Source: a virus. From it: DNA of 64,000 nucleotides. Position 1 is the first letter of the stretch; the number at the start of each line of letters is the position of its first letter. The DNA lies in the IMG/VR virus record IMGVR_UViG_3300028388_001808, positions 1-64,000 of that record; one strand, given 5' to 3'. Shown in pieces: positions 58,060 through 64,000 of this stretch. Under the pieces are notes generated by a model, which made no database searches, had not been told where the DNA came from, and saw only the letters and a program-made list of their open reading frames with translations. The translations under genes and the position numbers were made by a program.

Positions 58060-58203
58060 ACAAAAAGAGGGGCCAGCCTCCCAAATACCGATTCAAACAG
58101 GTAAGTGCTGGTCCCTCCTACTTCGATCAAAGATTAGGGGGAGCCGATACGGTTGAACAAATCAAAAGGGGATTTTTTGATTCCGGCTCCTCCGACCTTA
58201 TAA

Positions 58204-58273
58204 GGTCCACTTAGAACTAAAACTAAAAACACCAGACTTGTAAATCCGGCAACGTTTTAGCAGTCAGTGGACC
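58204..58273 (+). ncRNA. Handle RNA unit 6: isolated anticodon-arm-like hairpin (CTTGTAAA loop)
   Basis: GGTCCACT-TAGAAC ... CCAGA-CTTGTAAA-TCCGG ... GTC-AGTGGACC. Confidence 0.65.
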
Positions 58274-58290
58274 AAACTTCTATCATAACC

Positions 58291-58396
58291 GTCTCTCTTA
58301 GAACCAAAAAAACTTTGTATAGCTCATTGTAGAGCATCAAATTTAGGTTTTGAAGGTTGCTGGGTCAAACCAGCTACAAAAGTTTGACAGAGAGAC
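58291..58396 (+). ncRNA. Handle RNA unit 7: unpermuted tRNA-like body (TAG anticodon) extended from its acceptor stem into the handle
   Basis: GTCTCTCT-TAGAAC ... TTTGTA/TACAAA acceptor, GCTC/GAGC D stem, TCAAA-TTTAGGT-TTTGA, GCTGG-GTCAAA-CCAGC ... GAC-AGAGAGAC. Confidence 0.75.
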
Positions 58397-58426
58397 AAGG
58401 GAGTGCTTCGGCACTCCTTATTTTTT
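58397..58426 (+). terminator. Intrinsic terminator closing the RNA array
   Basis: GGAGTGC-TTCG-GCACTCC plus TTATTTTTT. Confidence 0.75.
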
Positions 58427-58437
58427 GTTTAACCGCT

Positions 58438-58511
58438 GGTCCCTTAGTTCAGTTGGTTAGAACCCCTGACTCATAATCAGGAAGTCGCAAGTTCGAGTCT
58501 TGCAGGGACCA
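58438..58511 (+). tRNA. tRNA(CAT), probably Ile2 (lysidine type) rather than Met
   Basis: Canonical cloverleaf GGTCCCT/AGGGACC-A; anticodon arm CCTGA-CTCATAA-TCAGG; body resembles Ile2 tRNAs. Confidence 0.85.
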
Positions 58512-58541
58512 CTACGAGGAGCAGCATCTCAAATCACAATT

Positions 58542-58700
58542 ATGAAAGACACAATAAAAACAAAAAAAAGATTTGCATTCTTTCCAGTTAAACTTAGTGA
58601 CGGGAGAATAATCTTTTGGAAAAAATACAAACTAACAGTAACAAAATCCTGGCATCCATCAGGGTTGACGGTAACAAAGAAGTATGAATGGATTCCGTAG
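58542..58700 (+). CDS. Small hypothetical protein (RFAFFPVKLSDGRIIFW)
   Basis: Likely start 58542; stop codon lies inside the 5' end of tRNA-Arg. Confidence 0.5.
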   Translation: MKDTIKTKKRFAFFPVKLSDGRIIFWKKYKLTVTKSWHPSGLTVTKKYEWIP

Positions 58701-58764
58701 CTCAGTTGGATAGAGCATCTGCCTTCTAAGCAGACGGTCACAGGTTCGAATCCTGTCGGGATCA
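58691..58764 (+). tRNA. tRNA-Arg(TCT)
   Basis: Canonical cloverleaf; anticodon arm TCTGC-CTTCTAA-GCAGA. Confidence 0.9.
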
Positions 58765-58796
58765 CAATTACTGTAATTACAAATAAATCTAAGCAA

Positions 58797-59018
58797 ATGC
58801 AAACAACGTTTATTGACATCGACACTAATGAGGCGCTCGACATTCAGTGGCATTCTAACAATGTGCCTGCTCGCCTGGAATACATTTCTGCTAATGGGAT
58901 ATGGTATAAAGTTGATGAGGTGGTGTATCGGATAGTAGAAAAATTAAATTTTACGCCACCGGAACAAATATTACCGGTTGTGTATCTCAAGAAAACAGGT
59001 AGACCGTATTTTATTTAA
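58797..59018 (+). CDS. Small hypothetical protein
   Basis: ORF between tRNAs. Confidence 0.55.
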   Translation: MQTTFIDIDTNEALDIQWHSNNVPARLEYISANGIWYKVDEVVYRIVEKLNFTPPEQILPVVYLKKTGRPYFI

Positions 59019-59027
59019 GTTATAATT

Positions 59028-59108
59028 GCCCGGATGGTGGAATTGGTAGACGCGCTGGTCTTAGGAACCAGTGTTCTAGCGACGTGTGGGTTCGAGTCCC
59101 ACCGGGCG
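59028..59108 (+). tRNA. tRNA-Leu(TAG) with a shortened 3' acceptor strand
   Basis: GCCCGGA-TG-GTGG..., anticodon arm CTGGT-CTTAGGA-ACCAG, long variable arm, GTGGG-TTCGAGT-CCCAC then only CGGGC (2 nt short). Confidence 0.7.
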
Positions 59109-59142
59109 TACAATATCTTTCAACTTAAAAACAACAGACACC

Positions 59143-59406
59143 ATGACAAGAAAAGAAGTAGAGTTTATTGAGAGGCACAAAGCAGGATTATTAAATCCTG
59201 ATTGCGCTTACTACATCGGAGACAAGGCAAGAGAGGCAGTGAAAGAAGGTAGAGTCGCGCTTCAGAACTACACGACAAGGGATAAAATACAAGAACTCAA
59301 GCCAAAGAAAAAGACCAAAAGGCAATCTGGCTGGAATCTTAATAATGAATATGATGGTCGTAACGACTTTCACACGTTCGGATATCCGGACAGTTACTGG
59401 ATGTAA
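59143..59406 (+). CDS. Hypothetical protein
   Basis: Likely start 59143; leader AACAGACACC-ATG shared with the next gene. Confidence 0.55.
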   Translation: MTRKEVEFIERHKAGLLNPDCAYYIGDKAREAVKEGRVALQNYTTRDKIQELKPKKKTKRQSGWNLNNEYDGRNDFHTFGYPDSYWM

Positions 59407-59432
59407 TTTTCAAAATCTAAATAACAGACACC

Positions 59433-61187
59433 ATGAAGAAAAGTACAGAGATACTGCTTCCTACAGGAGTAGATCAGAAAAAGCTGGCTGCGATGAGTGT
59501 AACGATCAACACCATCAAAAAATCAGCAAAAGAACCCAACGAGCAGTTGGTCTATGACCAGTTGACAAGACTTATTGGGGGGACTACTGATGAAGAGAAG
59601 ACTTTACTGCTCCGCAACCTGTTCCAGATCATAGATCGTGAATCCGGAAAAGAGCTGGGTTATATCTCTCGAATCATTATCCGGTGGATAGAACACTACA
59701 TGCCGGAATGGTTCTATGCGAACCTTTGGACAGTACCGTATTTCGTCAAGTGGGAGTACCTCTGGTACAACCAGATTCGGACTACCAAAAAGTCCAGCCA
59801 CAAGCGACCTGCAAAGGTTGAAAAGACAGAACTGTCTGATTTCGACTATGAAGCAATCGCCAAGTTTGTTGCGGATTACATCCGTAGCAAAGAGGACAAA
59901 GGTCTTCTGGCGAAGTGGTTGCCGAAATACCGTAAAACAAAGCGGTGGCGTAAGAAGGTTTTAAAGGACGGTACAGTGAAACGCTGGACTACGAATCTGC
60001 TGCCTTCCACACAGTCGGTTGTGAATGTAAACAACCACTTCATCAACCTCATCTGTGAGGAAATGGGGTGGACTGTTTCTGATTACGCCAACTGGAGAAA
60101 GGAAAATCAGCGCACCATCGAACAACAGGTGTCAAAAGGAGCTGCCTTTGACGCTTTGCCGGAAGCTACAATCAAGGACCATTTCGACAAAATGGCTACC
60201 CATGCCAGATTCAGAGTGGAGAAATCCATGAAGAATACGGATAAGTGGAAAAGAGCTTCCCAGGTATTCAACGCCTGGAAAGAAGATGAAACACGAGTAG
60301 CAGAGAAAATCCGTACCGCCCTGTCGAAAGGCGATGAAGAAGGAGCAAAACTCCTTCGAAAAGCTTCCAAGGCGAAAACCGGAGGTGGACTTCAGACCTA
60401 TGATCTGCTTTATAAGCTAATGAAAGAGAATGACATTTCCACAGCAAACAACCTGCATAGCAACCTTATGGTTGACTTAATGGATAAACTAGACGGAGAC
60501 GTCTATACCATTATCGACTGGTCGGGAAGTATGGAGAGCTATAACCAATCAGATATAGCGATGATTGACATTGCAAATACGCTGGCCGTGACATTCTCTA
60601 CGATGCACAAAAACCCCATGTACAAAAACGAGTTCATGGTATTTGGTAAAGATGCAGTCGTCGTAGGAACCACTTCCAAATACAGCAAGACTGGTAAATT
60701 CCAGGTTGCCAAAGTGGAAGAAAGGAAAAAAGAACCGACAATCGATGCCAAATGGACGTTTGAGCAGAACCTTCGCAGGATGAGAGAGGCCCGCAGAGGT
60801 ATGGATCAGTGGAGTTTGGTGTCTGCAACCAACATGGGTGCTTGCTTCGAGCATTTCATCCAGTTGGTGAAAGACGGACACTGCACGCCGGAGGAACTAC
60901 CTGTTGCTCTTCTTTTCATTACCGACGAAGAGAACAACATGGGTAAACACCCTACAGAGTGCATGGCTGATGCCGCACAGATTGGCTGGTATCCTCTGGT
61001 CATCTGGTGGGGACTCCGCAGTAACCGGATGTCTAGCATCCGCTGCGAGAATTTCTTGCCTGTAACAGGCTTTGCGGAAAACGTACTGAGTGAAGTACTG
61101 ACTTTCTTGCGTAACGGAGTTATTCTTCCCGGAGCGGAACTGCTGGCGGTGAACGATAATCCCCGCTATAAGGATATTAAATACTGA
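59433..61187 (+). CDS. Ro60/TROVE-like helical ring plus vWA protein (DUF2828-like)
   Basis: N-terminal helical region with LFQIIDR..G, NLWTVPYFVKW, LLAKWLP and TIEQ; vWA MIDAS DWSGS, TN, FITD, IWWGL and VTGF motifs in the order seen in TROVE/DUF2828 proteins. Confidence 0.8.
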   Translation: MKKSTEILLPTGVDQKKLAAMSVTINTIKKSAKEPNEQLVYDQLTRLIGGTTDEEKTLLLRNLFQIIDRESGKELGYISRIIIRWIEHYMPEWFYANLWTVPYFVKWEYLWYNQIRTTKKSSHKRPAKVEKTELSDFDYEAIAKFVADYIRSKEDKGLLAKWLPKYRKTKRWRKKVLKDGTVKRWTTNLLPSTQSVVNVNNHFINLICEEMGWTVSDYANWRKENQRTIEQQVSKGAAFDALPEATIKDHFDKMATHARFRVEKSMKNTDKWKRASQVFNAWKEDETRVAEKIRTALSKGDEEGAKLLRKASKAKTGGGLQTYDLLYKLMKENDISTANNLHSNLMVDLMDKLDGDVYTIIDWSGSMESYNQSDIAMIDIANTLAVTFSTMHKNPMYKNEFMVFGKDAVVVGTTSKYSKTGKFQVAKVEERKKEPTIDAKWTFEQNLRRMREARRGMDQWSLVSATNMGACFEHFIQLVKDGHCTPEELPVALLFITDEENNMGKHPTECMADAAQIGWYPLVIWWGLRSNRMSSIRCENFLPVTGFAENVLSEVLTFLRNGVILPGAELLAVNDNPRYKDIKY

Positions 61188-61210
61188 AGACTTGGAATTT
61201 TGGGACTGAA

Positions 61211-61249
61211 GGCGTAGTCTTCCTTTGTGGAGGGCTGCGCCATTTTTTT
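61211..61249 (+). terminator. Intrinsic terminator
   Basis: GGCGTAGTCTTCC-TTTGT-GGAGGGCTGCGCC plus T-run. Confidence 0.75.
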
Positions 61250-61271
61250 ATCTTACCAAAACAACACTTAG

Positions 61272-61643
61272 ATGAAAATCTACAGAGAACTTTTGAATGA
61301 GGTTGTAGAATCTCTAAACAGCTACTACCTGCACAAGAACGTAAAGTTCTATTTAAACACGACAGGGCCAACTATCATGGACGAGAAAAAAGGATACTAT
61401 CAGTACACTTTAAGGCTGGTAGCATATATACCAAATCAACCTAATCTTGTAATTGCTATACGTTCCATAATAGTAAAGTCATTAGATGATGAAGGTCAGG
61501 TAATGGAATCGTTGGCATATAAATTACTTGTAGACATGATAATGACAGGTATTGTAGAGGCTGGTAGGCGTGCAACAGAGACGTACTCTAGTCTGGAAGA
61601 ACAGATAGGAGTAAGCTTTCAGGAGTACAAAGAGAAGTTATGA
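61272..61643 (+). CDS. Hypothetical protein
   Basis: ORF track. Confidence 0.55.
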   Translation: MKIYRELLNEVVESLNSYYLHKNVKFYLNTTGPTIMDEKKGYYQYTLRLVAYIPNQPNLVIAIRSIIVKSLDDEGQVMESLAYKLLVDMIMTGIVEAGRRATETYSSLEEQIGVSFQEYKEKL

Positions 61644-61960
61644 AGAGGAAAGCAAGAAAAGAACACATCTGCGACACCTGCGGAGAAGTCATACAAAAAG
61701 GAGAAGTGTACGAATATGACGAGCTTAGAGTACCTAGACTTGACGAACAAGACGTTCAGGTAGGAATAGAATACTTTAAGTTTAAGACATGTTGGCACTG
61801 CTTTGCTTTGTGTCACGAAAAACAAGAAGAGCATTACTTTGTAGATGAATACGTAACAGATGGCTTCGTATCCGGAAATAGAGTAATGTCACCTACAGGA
61901 AGGCAATATTGCGTAAAATGCGGAATGTATAAGGAGGATTATGATAATATTCATCACTAA
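61640..61960 (+). CDS. Zn-finger protein
   Basis: RKARKEHICDTCGEVIQKGEVY...CWHC...CVKCG. Confidence 0.65.
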   Translation: MKRKARKEHICDTCGEVIQKGEVYEYDELRVPRLDEQDVQVGIEYFKFKTCWHCFALCHEKQEEHYFVDEYVTDGFVSGNRVMSPTGRQYCVKCGMYKEDYDNIHH

Positions 61961-63854
61961 ACAACTCGGAATTTGGGATTCTAGCGAAATTCCAACAGTG
62001 AACTCTATAGAACCACTGTTACAGTTCATGAGAACTGAACAGGTCTATGGAGTGGATACAGAGACTACCGGAGCTTGGAATATGAGGAATGACCTTACTT
62101 CTCTTCAGATTATGAGGAATGACCTCATTTCTCTTCAGGTAGGGAATGAGGAAGTACAGTATGTCGTAGATTGGCAGTCTATGTCTACGGCAGAACGTAT
62201 GGAAATACTGAATGAAATGGCTAAACCAAGAGCCACGAAGGTACTACAGAATGCGAAGTTTGATCTGAAATTCTTTATGCAGTATGGCGTGTATCTCCTG
62301 AACATCTACGATGTGATGGTAGCAGAGTGCTTGATCTATGCAGGAAGAAAACAGGAGAAGGGATTCTTCGCACTGGATGCGATTGCAGCACGCTACTCGG
62401 ATATGCGGCTTGACAAGTCAGTGCGTGGGAAGATTCACATTGAAGGGCTAACTGGCAGGGTAATAAGATATGGTGCGGCTGACGTAGAATGCCTTATCCC
62501 AATAATGCGGGGAACGCATCTGAAGCTTCAAAGCCTCCACATGGCGAAAGAGGACCATCAAGACCCTCATACGGTACTGGGAATCGAAAATCGTTCTTGT
62601 CTGGCCTTTGCAATGATGGAATTCAACGGGTTAAAACTCGATCTGGTCAAATGGGAACAGATCAAGGAAGAATTGAAGGAATCTATCATACGTATAGAAA
62701 AAGAACTGGACAAAATCGTAGTCGAGTCAGACCTATTTACAGGAATGGGAATGCGTCAACTTGATCTTTTCTCGGACACAGTAGAGACGAGAATAAACTG
62801 GGGTAGCTGGCAACAGAAATTACCACTGTTGAAACAGATTAACCCAGAGATACAAGATACCTCAGAACGATCTCTGTCAGTTCATAAGAACGAGCATCCA
62901 ATCATTCCAAAGTTGATAGAGTATGCAAAAACTACAAAGCTGTACAACGGATTCGCTAAGACAATGCCAAAGATGATAAATCCTGTAACGAATAGGATAC
63001 ATACATCCTTTTGGCAGAACCAAAGTACAGGACGTGTCTCTACAGATAGTCCTAATTTGCAGAACATCCCAGCAAGAAGTGAAATGGGAGGTAGAATGAG
63101 AGAATGTTTCATTCACGAAGAAGGTTGGAAGATAGTAGGCGGAGATTACAGTGGTTGCGAATTACGGGTAATGGCTGAATTCAGTCAAGACCCTCTATGG
63201 TTGAAAGTCTTCAATGAAGACGGAGACTTACACAGCGAGTTGTGTGCAAAGACATTCAACATACCAATAAGCGACGTTAAAACAATGTCTCCTTATGGTG
63301 TGAAATACAGAGACGTACAAAAGACCATAAACTTCGGTCTCGCGTACGGAATGTCAGAATATAAACTGGCAGACACGTTACAAATCAGCATAGAAGAGGC
63401 AAGAACTATCATTAACCAGTTCTTTGCCGTAGTGCCTACACTGAAAGCTTTCCTAAACAAGCTTGGAAGGTTTGCAGTAAGAAAAGGCTTCTCAAGGACT
63501 CCTCCACCATACGGTAGGATTCGCTGGTTTGATAAGTACAAAGGTAGCCCCAAACAGAGGGGTGAGGTGGAAAGGGAAGGTAAGAATCATCCTATCCAGG
63601 GAGCAAACGCAGATATGGTTAAACTCGCACTAGCCAACTGCTACGAATACATTGTAAATCACGGTCTTACAGATCATGTAAAGTTAATGCACACTATACA
63701 TGACGAGATACAGACTGAGGCAAGGGAAGACATTGCAGAGATATGGGCTGTAGAACTACAGAACATAATGGTGGAAGCCGCCTCTGTTATTATCAAATCA
63801 ATTCCTATGGTTGTCGATGTGAAAATCGGAGACAACTGGGGAGAAACCAAATAA
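61941..63854 (+). CDS. polA: Family A DNA polymerase with 3'-5' exonuclease domain
   Basis: ExoI DTETTG, ExoII NAKFD, ExoIII YGAAD; motif A DYSGCELR, motif B KTINFGLAYG, motif C IHDEI. Confidence 0.95.
   Translation: MIIFITKQLGIWDSSEIPTVNSIEPLLQFMRTEQVYGVDTETTGAWNMRNDLTSLQIMRNDLISLQVGNEEVQYVVDWQSMSTAERMEILNEMAKPRATKVLQNAKFDLKFFMQYGVYLLNIYDVMVAECLIYAGRKQEKGFFALDAIAARYSDMRLDKSVRGKIHIEGLTGRVIRYGAADVECLIPIMRGTHLKLQSLHMAKEDHQDPHTVLGIENRSCLAFAMMEFNGLKLDLVKWEQIKEELKESIIRIEKELDKIVVESDLFTGMGMRQLDLFSDTVETRINWGSWQQKLPLLKQINPEIQDTSERSLSVHKNEHPIIPKLIEYAKTTKLYNGFAKTMPKMINPVTNRIHTSFWQNQSTGRVSTDSPNLQNIPARSEMGGRMRECFIHEEGWKIVGGDYSGCELRVMAEFSQDPLWLKVFNEDGDLHSELCAKTFNIPISDVKTMSPYGVKYRDVQKTINFGLAYGMSEYKLADTLQISIEEARTIINQFFAVVPTLKAFLNKLGRFAVRKGFSRTPPPYGRIRWFDKYKGSPKQRGEVEREGKNHPIQGANADMVKLALANCYEYIVNHGLTDHVKLMHTIHDEIQTEAREDIAEIWAVELQNIMVEAASVIIKSIPMVVDVKIGDNWGETK
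62081..62140 (+). repeat. 30-bp in-frame tandem duplication in the polymerase exonuclease domain
   Basis: TATGAGGAATGACCTTACTTCTCTTCAGAT / TATGAGGAATGACCTCATTTCTCTTCAGGT. Confidence 0.9.
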
Positions 63855-63855
63855 C

Positions 63856-64000
63856 ATGGGACTCTTTAAAGACATTCAGATGATCTTAGGTATGGCGAAA
63901 ATGTCACCACCTAAAGACATGAGCAACGAAGTGGCAATCTATGAAGCATCTATGCTGTATGAAAAGACGGTAAAGGAAGCTCCAATAGACCAGTTAACTC
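63856..64000 (+). CDS. Partial hypothetical protein (runs off window)
   Basis: ATG 63856 (MGLFKDIQMILGM...), open to the window end. Confidence 0.5.
   Translation, partial: MGLFKDIQMILGMAKMSPPKDMSNEVAIYEASMLYEKTVKEAPIDQLT

Noticed and set aside
58067-58143. HDV-like/theta ribozyme topology
   Set aside because: A nested P1/P2/P3-like pairing can be drawn, but the P1.1 GG and the catalytic C-containing J4/2 are absent, and the P2 partner also fits a competing stem
57031-58214. Short ORFs overlapping the RNA array region (57031, 57076, 58032)
   Set aside because: They overlap structured RNA elements and look like chance frames
57402-58396. CRISPR array (recurring CTTAGAAC with variable spacers)
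   Set aside because: The conserved part is only about 8 nt, spacing is irregular, flanks covary as RNA stems, and no cas operon is present
58456-58465. An eighth TAGAAC handle copy
   Set aside because: It is the D-arm 3' strand of the canonical tRNA(CAT), with no CT-ending stem or GNC-AG partner
1-64000. Stop-codon reassignment as in some crAss-like phages
   Set aside because: Core genes are full-length in code 11, all three stop codons are used, and no CTA/TCA suppressor tRNA was seen

Overview
The window is 64 kb of a crAss-like (Crassvirales-type) podovirus genome with a probable Bacteroidota host, read in standard genetic code 11. Positions 1-48120 (minus strand) hold the late/virion module. 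In transcription order it runs: HTH and IHF-like regulators, lysis genes (M15 peptidase, spanin-like), small and large terminase, portal, scaffold, major capsid, ring and auxiliary capsid proteins, fibre/Ig-like proteins, ring proteins, muzzle, two cargo proteins, and a giant virion RNA-polymerase-like ORF that runs off the left edge. After a strand switch near 48200 the plus strand carries an SSB-like gene, small ORFs separated by long hairpin-rich non-coding tracts, a signal-bearing GH24 lysozyme, tRNAs, a Ro60/TROVE-vWA (DUF2828-like) gene and a family A DNA polymerase. The top finding is an array at 57402-58396 of seven RNA units sharing a covarying handle (stem-CU-UAGAAC ... GNC-AG-stem). 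Different tRNA-derived moieties are grafted onto the handle at different points (D-loop, variable region, anticodon position, acceptor end, isolated anticodon-like arm). The array lies about 1 kb upstream of the Ro60-like gene, making it a candidate phage Ro60 / multi-Y-RNA tRNA-mimic system. Other findings: an over-represented 10-mer ACTGRCAGGG (17 copies found by eye), three adjacent fibre-region genes with Bacteroidota-type signal peptides, and a LysM plus Cys-phosphatase insertion in a cargo protein. All family assignments come from motif recognition and gene order, not database searches.
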